From positions 11,656,001 through 11,720,000 of the forward strand of contig NC_047081.1 of NCBI RefSeq assembly GCF_902459465.1: a stretch of DNA of 64,000 nucleotides. Reading direction: 5' to 3'. Position numbers and translations under genes: made by a program. This document shows, piece after piece, positions 49,601 to 62,275 of the stretch (positions are counted from its first letter, which is position 1; each line of letters begins with the position of its first letter). The notes below the pieces were generated by a model that had not been told where the DNA came from, did not search any database, and saw nothing but the letters and a program-made list of their open reading frames with translations. Source of the DNA: Asterias rubens (Eukaryota).

Positions 49601-52600
49601 GGCTACGTAGTTCAGGTAGGAGTTTAGATATTACACTAAGTTTGAAAAGAATATACTTAATTTTATTATTTTGTATGAATCTTTTATCATGCTTTTTGTA
49701 AACAGACCTTGGATAAAGCTAATGTACATACTTATAAAACCACTTTATGAGTGTATTGGCCCGGTTTCATAGAGCTGCTTCTAAGCACAGAAACTTGCTA
49801 AGCACAAATGTCACATGTACAGTTGGTGACTTGTATCCTGCCTACTTTTTGCTAAGCAGAAACTTTGTAATTAGTATTTTCTGCTGAAGCGACTATGAAA
49901 TTGAGCCGTTGTCTAATGTTTTTAATGGTATATTTATGACTTAATGTGTCATAGTGTTATGGTTATCACATAGTACAAAAACCCCAAAACAATCAAAATT
50001 TTAAACAGTTCATTTCAAAATCACATCATTAAGCTTGTCTCATTACTAAAACAATTCCACATTTTAGGATGATGTTGTCATGGGAACCCTCACTGTGAGA
50101 GAAAATTTGGAGTTCTCCGCAAATCTGAGGCTAGATAAGACCGTCACGAAAGAGGAACGGAAAATTCGAGTCCAAGATGTCATAAATGAACTTGGGCTGA
50201 ATCTTTGCGCTGATACAAAGGTAGGTTTTCCACTTCTTTATCTTTCTCGGGAACTCATTGAGCAAGTTCAAGTGTGTACAATGGTTAACTAAAAGTTGAC
50301 TATTTTGTCTCGAAACCAGATTTCAGTATTTTTACTGCATGATGAAATACATTATTAATAATTTAATAATAATCTTTTTTGATGTAAGTCAGCGGTTATC
50401 AAAGTCCAGAAGGAATATTTACCCGTTATTGCGCAAAGAAAACATCAAAGTTCATCAAAGCAAAAATAAATCAGTTGTGGAAGATAGCAATTTAGGCCAT
50501 GGTACGTGTTATTTTACAGCTCAGGTACAATTACGCAAGTACTGAAAAAATTGTTTCTCACACAGGCTAATCTGAAACAAGGAGGATGCTATGTATTTTT
50601 CCTTTTTTTTAATTCATAATGGCAGATTTGTCCTTAGAAGGACGAAACACTAGGCTGGTATTTCTTCAACAGTTGTTCATGTCCAGTTAAAAATACAAAG
50701 TCCAAATGAAATCTGTTATGGTCATTATTAAGGTGGTTTTGTCTGTGTTTGTTGGTGGCAGTGGATAACTATATAGTTGACAACAAAGATAAGTTACACG
50801 GCATTGTTATCAACCCATGTTGTGTATTTAACCTTTTATAGCTGCATTAGGCAAGTTGAAGTTATGAAACACCAGATATAAAAAACACACAAGCAAGTGC
50901 AGTGTATTAAGTTTGAGGTCAAAGATAAGCGTTTGGGTCCAGGGGCTTGTTATGTGACCTTACTCGGGTGAAACACTAAGTGAAGAAATACAGTGGTGGA
51001 CAAATTTAAATGCTTCATTTGTTGTTCCTGCTGGGATTACTACCAAGCAAATTGTGTGAAAGGTCAACAAACTATTGTTGCATTTCACTTGAATGGATTC
51101 TCATTCAGGAAGTTGGTAAAAGTTCAATTTAAAGTAAGGCCTAGCTACTTGAACAGCGACCACGTTTTCTGCAGGAGAATTTGCTGGCAAACTTCTCTAG
51201 TCTGCCCTCTGCATGTATTTTCACATGATCATGGCCCTTTGGTGTTTTAACACCCTTCTGTGTTTTAAAAAATTACCATGTCAGTTTCCCTTGTAGTCTA
51301 CCTGTAATACTTGATATTTTTTACATTTTAAGAACTGTTTCAAGTTTCATTTGTAATTTTCAGTTTTATGTTCAGTTCATGGAACGTAAGTAACACCATG
51401 CCCTTGAAAGGACATTGGGGGCTGTAGCTGAAGGCAAGGCTTTAGCCAGTATTTGGTGTAAAAAGATTCGGCAAATTGTTCACTTACAATACGTGTACAT
51501 AAGCGACAGACACAACATGGTGTCCAAATTTAAAACAGGGTGTCCACAGCTCCAGGCTGCCAGACACATAATAGACACCCAGACACCATTTCTACCTCCA
51601 TGCTATGATTATGGTCAATTGGTCTTTGTACTGAATTACTTAGTAGTTGGCGTAAAACAAAATTACCAGGGCAGTCTTGAAACTGTTCAAAACAGGGTGT
51701 CCTCCAAATTTAGAAGAGGTAGTCCGAAGGACACCCTGTTCTGGACACCCTGTTCTTGTCAACTGGTCCTCAGCTTGCTTATGAAGCCAGTAGTTGCGTA
51801 ACCTTAAATTACCAGGGAGTGTCGACCTGGAGCTCTGATTTCCAATGATGAATTTATTTCATGGTTAACACTCAGCTGGAGTACAGCCTTGAAATCCGGA
51901 TTGAATTCCTGTAAAGTATTTCCACTTTAGTTCCAATTTGCCTTGAATTAGAGATCATTATACCACAGCTTGTATGGAGAAGTCATTGAATGGTCGTGGT
52001 GATAGAAAGGTTAAAACAAGCTTGCCAACTCCATCAACCTACACCCCACCCCACCCCCCCCCCATCACCCCCCCCCCCTCCCAATCATGCTAAAAAGGTT
52101 CGCAAAGCTTAATCAAAAATCATGACATGATTCTCTCTACACCTAATTTGTGCAATATTTTTGGTTCCAAATCTAAAATGTTCAGTGTTCATACACATTA
52201 CGCTCTCTCCAGGACAGCCTGTTCGAGAGCGCTAACACTAACAGTAAAAACACCAAAAGAAAATTTCACGGAAAAAGTTGAAGAAAAAGAAATGTTTACT
52301 ATTATTATTATTAGTTTATCCACACCATATGCTGGAGGCTGAATTGCACAGTGGTTTCAGCAAGATAAAAACCCCTAAAATACACAGAATGTTTTATTTA
52401 TTTATTTTATTTATTTATTTTAAATCTTTAGACATACACAATAGTTACAATTTGTACAGGGGCTGTCAAGGTTAAAACAAAAGTGTGAAACTGTCATCAA
52501 AAGATGTGTAAAACTAGACCCCTGCCAACGATAAAAATATAATTATACAATATAAAAAGGTGATTGTACTGAAACATTTATGAGTGTGGATGCCAGCAAA

Positions 52601-55600
52601 ATGTATCAGATTGATGCCAAAGGTGATCTTTAAGTTATTGAAGTTGACATTCAACATTGTCCATAGATTAAGTGTAATTAATAATGTTGATTTTGTTATG
52701 TTATTTCCTTCCTCCATGATTGGTATCATTTAAGCCACAGGGAAAGGATTTCCTGCAGGCACAAAGTGTACACACAGCACTTTGGAAGACAACAATTGGC
52801 TTTAAATGACATTCCATGTAGATGACAGTTCACAACTGCTGTGAACAATTTTATGAACTTGTTGAATGTTTCACATTATTAGCTGTACAGTTACACGTAC
52901 GCTTTGTGTTAATTAGCTCACCTGGAAACTGCATTTTACTTGCCCCAGGGAAATTTTAGGCGCCCAGCTTTTTAACCATGTATTGTCATTTATAACTATG
53001 TGATGTATAAATGGAAAGGTTTACAAACTTTTGTTGAGTTTCCTCAGTAAGGAAGTCAGTAAAAGTTTAAATTGAAGAACTATGAGTTCACTAAGTCTAC
53101 AACTACATAAGTTTTTCTGTGTTTGTTTGTGGCAGTCAGGGAGACAATCTATCAAGTTGACTAAAAAGATAAGTTGCCCTATAAATTGTCAGGGTTGTTT
53201 AGATAAATGTTTATTGCTGCAACAGGCAAATCGATGTTATGAAACACCAGATAAGAAAAAGTCTTTCATAACTTGCACTCAATGCATTAATGCACTCGAC
53301 TTTAGAGGTAAATAATGAGGGTTTATTTCATAATAATAATAATATACACATATTGACTGGCAATGAAGTAACTAGTGTACGTCTATTCCCGAGGGACTTT
53401 GAGTGACCAGAAGAGGGGCCTATTTCCCAAGGCCGGGGGAAATAGGCCCCTCTTCTGGTCACTCACAGGCCCGAGGGGAAATAGATGTACACTAGTTATC
53501 GAATTATGCCAGTCAACATGTGTTTTATAACACAGCTCGGTCGTAAATGTGAAATAAGAACAGAAATCTGGAAAAGACAGGAAGTTTTGTAGTTCATGCA
53601 ATCTTACAATAAACAATACAGTAGAGGAATTTAAAAAGAGTCGATAAAAACACAAGAGGGGAGAGTTTACCAGCACGATTCACCCTCAGCCAAGATCCTC
53701 AGCATCTGGCTATAATTATTTGCAGTTAAAGCAATACAGTTATATAACTGGGCTAAACATTAAAACATTAATACAAAACCAGCGGGTTATGCAAATGAGT
53801 TATCCATTTCCAGATCATTGGTGCAAATCCCACTTTGTTCATCCTAACATTTTTATCATTATTTATACTACAACTATTAAAGACAATGACTGGACACCTT
53901 TGGTAACATTTGCATAAAATAACCTGTGAAATTTTTGGCTGAATCGGTCATCGGATTTTCAGGAGAAAAATGAAAGAAAAAACACCCTTGTTGCATTACT
54001 TGGCGTGCTTTCAGATATAATAAAAGGCTTCAGCTGAAGTCTTTTACTATATGAGTGAGAAATTAAATCTTTCTCAAAAACTTTGTTACTTTGCTTGTCA
54101 CCCAAAATTTGTTATGCTAACAATTATTTTGAGTAATAACCAGGCTCCAATGTTTAAATTAAAAGATAACTACAATTACAACGGGTTGATTTATTTGATA
54201 TTGTTTTTGTTTAACAGGTTGGGACAGAGTTCATTCGGGGTGTCTCTGGGGGAGAGAGGAAACGGACTAATGTTGGTATGGAATTGATCACCAAGCCAAA
54301 CGTTCTGTTTCTGGACGAGCCTACAACTGGTCTTGATGCAAGCACAGCTAACGCCGTCATGGTGCTACTCTCAAAGTATGTCTTACTTAACTCATACTCT
54401 ATCAATCCATCAAAAGCCAACATGTGTTTTGCTGGAATTTGATGCATACGATCAGCACACCCCCCAAAAAAATTGCCAATGCTCAAATTTGGGGTAAAAT
54501 TCTACAAGACTGTCTGGCTTGTTGTTGGACAAGTTTACTGGACCAGACTTTATTTTACACACCAAAAGGGGGGAGAATCTACAACTTGAGGGCCTTATCA
54601 AAAAGCAGGCCTGATACTTCACAGAGGCAAAGAAGGTGGTTGCCTCCATACCCCTGGTTACTGCCTTGGTGGCCATGAAATGACAGTAGAAAATTACAGT
54701 TTCCTCATAATATGCCCTTTATCAAGGAGAAAGTGCCTTGGTGTGCCCTTGCCCTTTCAAAAACGAAGCAAACAGGGCTGAAAAGGTCAAGGTGGAAATG
54801 CCATCCATTCAACATTACCTAAAGTTTGGATCCAAGTTTCATATCCTTTTATTAGTACCATGTATTAACTTTCATTTCTGCCAACTGTCCCTTGGGTAAA
54901 CTGGAACAACGCCTGCACTTAACCACTTCTACTTGAATGTTGGCTTATCAGACACCCTCAAGATAAAAACAAATAACAATTATTTTTTCTTTGGTTTTAC
55001 CCATTTTACCCATTTTACACCGATGTGTATCAGTACTCATTCGAGCCCTGTGAAAAAAAATGCCAGGAAATTTCCACCACAAAAATGTATCCATAATTTG
55101 TTATGGTTTTTTTAATTTCAAAGGTTGACCAAGCGAGGGCGCACCATCATCTTCTCCATCCACCAGCCTCGATACTCCATCTACAAGTTGTTTGACAGAC
55201 TGCATCTCTTGTCGCTAGGCAACACGGTGTATCATGGACCAGCCAAAGAGGCCCTGCAGTACTTCTCTGATAGCGGTGAGTGAAGTCACCATGGTTTGGG
55301 CCCAGTTTCATAAGGGCCTTAAAGGATTTGGGGACTTTTTGTAACACAAAACACAATGTTAACAGATTTAAATTAAACTTACACCGTTTGAAGATAATGA
55401 AAGCTAACCTTAAAATATTAGTTGCTGAGGTGCAGTAGTTTTTGAGAAATGAGTAAAACAATGAAAATACGAAAATACATGCTAAAATAATTTTCGTCTC
55501 ATGATCACTGAGACGAAAATTATTTATATGACATTGTTTTACTCATTTTTCAAAAAACTACAGCACCTCAGCAAGTAATATTTTCATGGAAGCTTTCTAC

Positions 55601-58600
55601 TATTATTATCTTCAAACTGTGTAAGTTTAACGTAAATCTGTGGACATTGTGGTTTTTGTCCTGCAAAAAGTACATAGACCCTTTAAGCAGAGAAAATTGC
55701 TTAGCATTTTTCTGCCATGCATGACTGAGCAGAATACCAGTTGGAGTTGTCATTATTACATGTTACATTGCCTTTAAGAGAATGCTTGACTCCAGATCCT
55801 GTTTCTTACGATCACGATTCCCCGCTTACGTGCAAGCGCCGAATTTCTGCGCTAGCCTTGTGAGCGTAGAATGCCTAATAAAGTAGAGTGCGCAGAATCA
55901 CAAATTTGTCGCTTGCCCGTGAAATATGCTTGCTGTAAGCACAGAATTCTCTGCTTCTGTAAGCGCCGATTCTGTGCTTACGGTAAGCAGAGCCATAAAA
56001 TTGGGCCCAGAACATACTGATTGAAACATTGACTTGAAAAGAGATTTAGACGTTTTCACTCGGTGTTACCACAAACCTCTCTTAGTCATATTCCTTTAGT
56101 TGTGATGTATCCGGTATTAATTTCTTGGTTTCTCTGGTTTACATTTCTCAGGTTACGTTTGTGAGGAACACAACAACCCTCCAGATTTCTTCCTGGACAT
56201 TATTAATGGAGATTCTACTGCTGTTACCATGGCAATGGATGAGGAAGATACTGCATACAGTAAGTTAGGGATAAGAAGAGGGGTGGGGTAAGAGTTGGAG
56301 GGGATTCAGTTGGACATTTTGTTATTTTGTTTAAAATTTATAAAAAAACACTTAACGGCACAATTAGCCCTGATAACATCAATAGGAAACAAGAAGAAAA
56401 GTTAAATTTTGGATGATGGGAAAAATCAAAATGGGGAAACCATGCAATAAGGTAGGGACTGAAAACCCAATCCATTATTTTAAAGTTTTGGTCTGAGGTG
56501 GGATTCAACCGGGGAGGTCCACAGCGGCGAAAGGCAGGGAAAGAAACCACTGATCCAGCCTAACATAATAAATATTATATGTAGAGACAAGGTAAACTTG
56601 ACTCATTGTTTTCACTGTATATTTGTAGTTTTTGTCAACTAAACTAATTAGTAGTTATACGCTAGTTAATTAACATATATTCTGTACGCCCAAATATCCA
56701 AATGTGTTTGATACTTGTGGAGAAATGTTGGCTTTATTCACAAATTCTTGACTCCACCAGCCACTGAGAAAATACTTCATGCACTCATTTCTTGATGATT
56801 GGATTTTGGTAACGTTCTTCTTTTTCACTCACTTCAAACTCAATTTTCTAAACTACAAAAATTACAAAATGCAGCTAGTCGCTTTGTCACACTTACCAGT
56901 CAACACACTCACATTACACCAGTACTGAAGTCACCTCACTGGCTGCCAGTCAAATCTTGCATTGCTTTCAATCTTCTGCTACTTACCTTTCATTGCATTC
57001 ATGGTTGCTCCTTTATATATTATTTCTTTGGTGAAAGCGTATACTCCTGAACGATCTCTTCGATTGTTATACTTGCTTGCTACTACATGTTCCTATGGAT
57101 TAGGAAATCATGGGGGTTGAAGTTTCAGTCACATGCTGGACCCACTCTCTCGAATGACCTACCACTTCAAATTCCTAATATTTCTTGTGTTGATAATTTT
57201 AAGATTAAAAACCATGGCTTATCTATAATTGTTCTTTGTCTGATTTTCCTCTTTCCCCTTTCCTTACTGCGTGAGGGTTCTCTCCCCTGTGCCTTGAGCA
57301 CCTTCATTTGGTGGGTTTTGTCGCCTTACACAAATTCTATATTAATATTATTCTTTACGAATAGTACTAATGTTAATAATTAATACTTCTTTACCGGGAA
57401 TTCTATTGCTAATAATTGGTACTTCTTCACTAACAAAACTAATACTCTTTCAATTGTTTGACTTCCTTTTTTAATGTTCAACTACCTGAAGCAGGCATCA
57501 ATTGTCGTGATGAAAATGATGGCCCTGAAAAACCCAAGATCACAGAAGTCTTCAAGACATCTAATCATGAGCGCAAGCTTGGGGAGTCGGCCAGCCAGAT
57601 CTACAAACAGTACACAGCCACAGATCAAGTCAACACCGTTGTTATTGAGTATCCAACTTCCTTTGCCACACAGGTAAGAGGTTATAGGCTGGAAAAGCAT
57701 AACGTTGTTCCTCAAAAAATACTGCTCACAATTTTTTTTTTGCTAAAGCAAAACAAAACTAGTGGGGTACAATTGCAACAATACAAACTTTATGAAGTTT
57801 TGGTTGGTGAGCAATTTTTGTTCAGGAAGATTTTTGTCAGGATTTTCTATGAATTCAAACAATATTTTTCTCAATGAAAGTGTTTGTAGAGGTCAAAGCT
57901 TGTCCTTATTAACGTCTGTAATCCCATACTTTTTCCGACACCTTGGTTTAAAAAAGGACTTGTTTCCCTTCAAAAATTAATTTCTAAGATTTGCAACTTA
58001 ATTCCAGCAGTAATACACATTCCGTCTTCATTTCTTTTCACAGCTCTATTACGTCTCAAAGAGAACAATCTTGAATATTCTGAGGAACCCGATGCAGTCT
58101 TACATCCAGGTAAACTACAAGAAAATCTTTTGTCATTTATGAGCTTGTCTTCTGTATTGGGTTAGGATGTCAGTGATTAACATCCCATCAAGAATGAAAG
58201 TTGTACGGAGACGTCAGAAACCCTTGTCACTTGTAACCCATCATCTTCTATATTTTACATCCAAATTGGATGTACAAATTGACAGCTTCTGCTGTCACTA
58301 TGACGGGATTGCTGGAAAGGTCATTTGTTGATTTGTACATGGCTTTATACAACCAAAGTTAGGCTTTGGTGCACAGAGTGTCTGGTTCCGTTTTGTGTTT
58401 GATTACAAGCACTGAAATCATAATTGTGTGTTCTAGAAGCCCAGCAATACCCTCATTCAAAGTGGGAAAAGATTTATATTTGCAATTTGCACACAGACTT
58501 GTTTGTTTCCCCACAGAATTCAGTTTTATTTAGTTTATTCAAGTGGTCCATTTTTACTGGTTGTATATTCACTTTGAAAGTTATTGTTTATTTTATTCTT

Positions 58601-61600
58601 CATTTCCTCTTTAGTTCCTTTTCATGATTATATTTGGTCTGGTCGTCGGTGGTCTTTACTTCCAACTTGATCTATCCACAGCAGGAATCCAAAACAGGTG
58701 AGCCACATTCCAGAAAAAAAAACACAATCTTGTCCATCCCCCCATTAATTTTTAGAAATACGGGCTCGACAGGGTGCATGTCTCTTCTGTTACCTGGCCA
58801 TTAAATTGGGCACATAACTTCACATACAATTTAACTCCAAAAATGGCGGACAGTAACAGCGTTTGACATCAGATCAACTGGTCAAAATGTGTTAACTACG
58901 TTCTTTTAAGAGTGATTATTTCTGCAATGACTTTCTTGTATTTTTTTTTTTTTTTTTTTTTAGGATTGGAGCATTTTTCTTTCTCATCATGAACATGGTG
59001 TTTAGTAACCTCAGTGCTGTGGAATTATTCATCAAAGAGAGGGTCATCTTTATGTAAGTCCACTATTTTTTTATTTTTTTTTACTTTGGAGCATACAACT
59101 TCAAGTTACTTTTATCGCTAACGTATGCCCAAGATAATATCGTTGCAAGGACACAGAGTGTCATGACTGTGATTCGAACCCACCCTCTGCTGATAAGGTC
59201 AACTGAACTCATCAATTTTATTTGGTAGTGATGAATGAATTTAACGGTGAAATTTTTCTAATTTTTTGTTTAAACCTTTGTTAGACATGAGTCAGCGAGC
59301 GGCTTCTACAGATGTTCCTCTTATTTCTTTGCCAAAGTCTTCTGCGATCTACTCCCGATGAGAATTATTCCCACCTTCATCTTCTGCTCCATTACTTACT
59401 GGATGATAGGTACAATCAAAGTTTACTTCTTTTTTTTCCCCAGCAATTTGTCTAATTTTGACTGGACAATTTGTGATTCCGTCAATCGTGATTTTAAAAG
59501 TCATGGGCTGGAATTCACGAAGCACAAAGATTCATCTTTAGATGAGTTGTCAGTATTACCATAGTGATTTGTATTGTGACATCACACTTTCCTTAGCAAT
59601 TAAGATTGATTCACAGTTAAGATTGATCTTAGCTCTGTGTAAATCGGCCCCACGGGCCAACTTCCATAGGCACAATCCTGGGTCCAATTTCATATTTTGA
59701 TTTGTGTTTTTGATTGATTGATTGATTGATTTCCCAACTTATCTTATATTTCAGGACTGAAAGCTGATGTGGCAGCGTTCTTCATTTACTGTCTGACTCT
59801 GATCTTGACGACAGTCACAGCCTGTGCCTTGTCCTTTGCAATCAGTTCCAGTGTATCCATCATGGCAGTCGCCACCTTGTTTGTTGCCGTCGCATATATC
59901 TTCATGATGGTAGGTTTATCTTTTAAGTCTACTGGAATATGACGCTTTGAGACGTATAGTTGTCAGCAGGTCTGCCAGGGCACGTCTCTGAGACTTAGAG
60001 GACCATTCTAAAGTCAAGTAATAGTTTTCTTGGCCAGTCTAAAGTCAAATCCCCAGACTTCTAGGGCCAACTCAAGTCAATTATTTTGGTATTTTGGGCC
60101 AGTCTGAAGTAAAATCCCAAGACTTATAGGGCCATTAGTCTTAAATCCTATGTCTTTCTAGGTCCAGTCTAAAGTCAGGTCACAAGACTTAAGTTTTCAG
60201 AAGTCAATAATTATCAAACAATAAGAAGCAGGACAGTTCTTTTCAGATTTTAGAAATCTCTTAATTCTGAATATACAATCCGCAATAGTAGAGAAGTCTC
60301 TCGGAGTCCAAACAAAGTTACTCTGCGCAAGTAGAATAAGAAGCAGAGACAAGTTCTTAAAGAACCTAATCTACCCAGCAAGTAGATATACACCTGGTAA
60401 TACCACAAAACAAATAATTTTTTTATACCTAAATAGCAATGTTGGCAAAAACTAGACATCTCATATATTTCTTTTCCTTTTGTTAATTCCCAGATCTTTA
60501 GCGGCTTGTTGCTGAACATATCAACTTTACCCGTCTGGCTCCAGTGGCTTCAATACATCAGTATATTCAGATACAGTCTCAATGTGAGTAGTCATGTCGG
60601 AGTGTTTTGGCCGGAGCGGTCTTGGTGCACCAGACTCTAACTCTGGTGTTGTCAGCTCATGACACTCGTTTCTTTACAGGGCTCAAATTTTCAAACAACA
60701 AGACGGCAGAATCTTTACTGGACTGGGATTTTATTTACAAGACTAGTACCAAAATGAGAACACAGTTTTTTCTTCATAACTGTTTTATTTGAACAAATAC
60801 TATGAGAAGATTTGTCTCTTCTCATTTATGGGTGATACTCAGTATTGAAAGATATTTGTGAGACTCAAACTCAGCATTTGAACATCATTCTTTTGAGACA
60901 AAGATGTTGAATTGATGAATTAAAAACAAGACCATCGGACTTGTCCTATTTTGAGTTTACTGGCTCAACCCTGAAATCCCTCGCTGGTGTAAAATCCCAG
61001 CTCGCCTCAACAGGGTTCTTAACAATGATTGTCTGCTTCGTTGTTTTGCTCGCTGGTGTAAAATCCCAGCTCGCCTCAACAGGGTTCTTAACAATGATTG
61101 TCTGCTTCGTTGTTTTGCTCGCTGGTGTAAAATCCCAGCTCGCCTCAACAGGGTTCTTAACAATGATTGTCTGCTTCGTTGTTTTGCTCGCTGGTGTAAA
61201 ATCCCAGCTCGCCTCAACAGGGTTCTTAACAATGATTGTCTGCTTCGTTGTTTTGCTCGCTGGTGTAAAATCCCAGCTCGCCTCAACAGGGTTCTTAACA
61301 ATGATTGTCTGCTTCGTTGTTTTGCTCGCTGGTGTAAAATCCCAGCTCGCCTCAACAGGGTTCTTAACAATGATTGTCTGCTTCGTTGTTTTGCTCGCTG
61401 GTGTAAAATCCCAGCTCGCCTCAACAGCGTTCTTAACAATGATTGTCTGCTTCGTTGTTTTGCTCGCTGGTGTAAAATCCCAGCTCGCCTCAACAGGGTT
61501 CTTAACAAAGATTGTCTGCTTTGTTGTTTTGATGGGGAATTAAATCGTAGTGCCTGTGTATTATGTTAGGCATGTAAAAGAGCTAACTAATCATCATGGA

Positions 61601-62275
61601 ATTTTTTTTTTTTTTTTATGAAACTTGTATTCATTGAATTTTCTTCCAGTCGTTATCAGTGAATGAATTGAAAGGACTTGTCTTCTGTGGTAATGCAACC
61701 ATCCCAGCAACTTGGTGAGTTGTCTGTTGTAATTTTAATTTAATTAACCTTTTAATTTTTTTTTAATTTTTTTTTTTTTAAAGGCACTGGACACATTTGG
61801 TAATTGTCAATTAGCATAAACTTGGTAATGAGCTATGTAGAGCTGTTAAATACTGTGAGATATTACTCTCTCTGAAGCATCATAGTTTTTGAGAAAAGGG
61901 TAACTTCTCACTAAAATATTTGAATCTAAGAAAGACTGCAGGCATGAAGCCTTTCTGTCCTTTCGTACAGTAGTGAAATCTGACCTGTTTGTCTGACTTC
62001 AGGATGTTTAGTTTCTATTTTTAGCATAAGTGCAAAGTGCTATGGCAACTGAAAAGAATTCTCCACTTTCTAAAATAATTGTCTAAAAAAGATTCCAAGC
62101 AATAACTCTTACTCGTTTTGTTTTTAGCGTGTCCGGTGAGGCTTATTTAGCGAATCAGGGAATCGACGACTCGGAATGGGGATTATGGGAGAATTTGGTC
62201 GCTTTGGGTTCCATTTCCCTCATCTGTCTCTTCCTGGGTTACGTACAGCTCCGACGCATCCGTAAACTGAAGTAA
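46695..62275 (+). CDS. ABCG2: ABCG2-like ABC half transporter, about 667 aa. Exons: 46695-46739 (one of three candidate first exons), 47546-47757, 48457-48516, 49501-49615, 50068-50220, 54218-54375, 55124-55275, 56152-56259, 57495-57673, 58044-58109, 58615-58697, 58964-59053, 59285-59409, 59755-59909, 60494-60583, 61650-61714, 62128-62275
   Basis: Walker [11 protein letters not shown]-loop GYVVQDD, signature VSGGERKR, Walker [13 protein letters not shown]-loop [19 protein letters not shown], six-helix TMD with [14 protein letters not shown] and WGLWEN. All junctions are AG/GT; the 2004-nt spliced CDS is open to TAA. Confidence 0.96.
46853..47112. mobile_element. Fold-back element in the intron after ABCG2 exon 46695-46739
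   Basis: Arms gactagccccataaatt...ttccttttcgaaatgttgacattttctgtcat and atgacagaaaatgtcaaaatttcgaaaaaggaa...tttatgggctggtc. Confidence 0.75.
49758..49907. mobile_element. MITE (same family as 3001-3190)
   Basis: ggcccggtttcatagagctgc ... ctatgaaattgagcc. Confidence 0.75.
52395..52730 (-). mobile_element. Degenerate LINE 3' end with (TAAA)n tail
   Basis: Minus-strand LNLW-type motif followed by a 3' UTR and a tttatttattttatttattt tail on the plus strand. Confidence 0.5.
53353..53515. repeat. Long fold-back (about 163 nt) with a perfect 28-bp core stem
   Basis: gagtgaccagaagaggggcctatttccc (53401-53428), loop aaggccgg, exact reverse complement at 53437-53464; outer arms aactagtgtac/gtacactagtt and tgactggca/tgccagtca. 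Confidence 0.9.
55323..55682. mobile_element. TTAA-flanked MITE nested in a GGGCCCAATTTCAT-family MITE (host about 55298-55750)
   Basis: TTAA at 55319-55322 and 55683-55686; the host sequence resumes as gcagagaaaattgcttagc. Confidence 0.75.
55795..56010. mobile_element. MITE fragment ending ccataaaattgggcccag
   Basis: The terminus resembles the family at 3001-3190; internal repeats of aagcgccga.t.ctg.gct. Confidence 0.6.
56410..56555 (-). mobile_element. SINE fragment (family of 34440 and 44160)
   Basis: aggtagggactgaaaacccaatccat ... gggattcaaccgggg. Confidence 0.6.
56800..57350 (+). mobile_element. 5'-truncated, frameshifted L2-type LINE 3' end
   Basis: [13 protein letters not shown]...[15 protein letters not shown]...[11 protein letters not shown] is the typical L2/CR1 ORF2 C-terminal block; the tail gccttgagcacc...gtcgccttacacaaattctatattaatatt is L2-like. 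Confidence 0.85.
59995..60200. repeat. Diverged short tandem repeat (ggccagtctaaagtcaa core)
   Basis: The core recurs several times between about 60000 and 60200. Confidence 0.55.
60980..61531. repeat. 69-bp minisatellite, 8 near-identical copies, in the ABCG2 intron 60584-61649
   Basis: The unit ctcgctggtgtaaaatcccagctcgcctcaacagggttcttaacaatgattgtctgcttcgttgttttg starts at 60980, 61049 and so on; 552 bp = 8 x 69. Confidence 0.97.

Noticed and set aside
60941-61543. 200-aa and 183-aa repeat proteins on opposite strands
   Set aside because: Both are translations of the 69-bp VNTR inside an ABCG2 intron and lack credible starts or splice sites.
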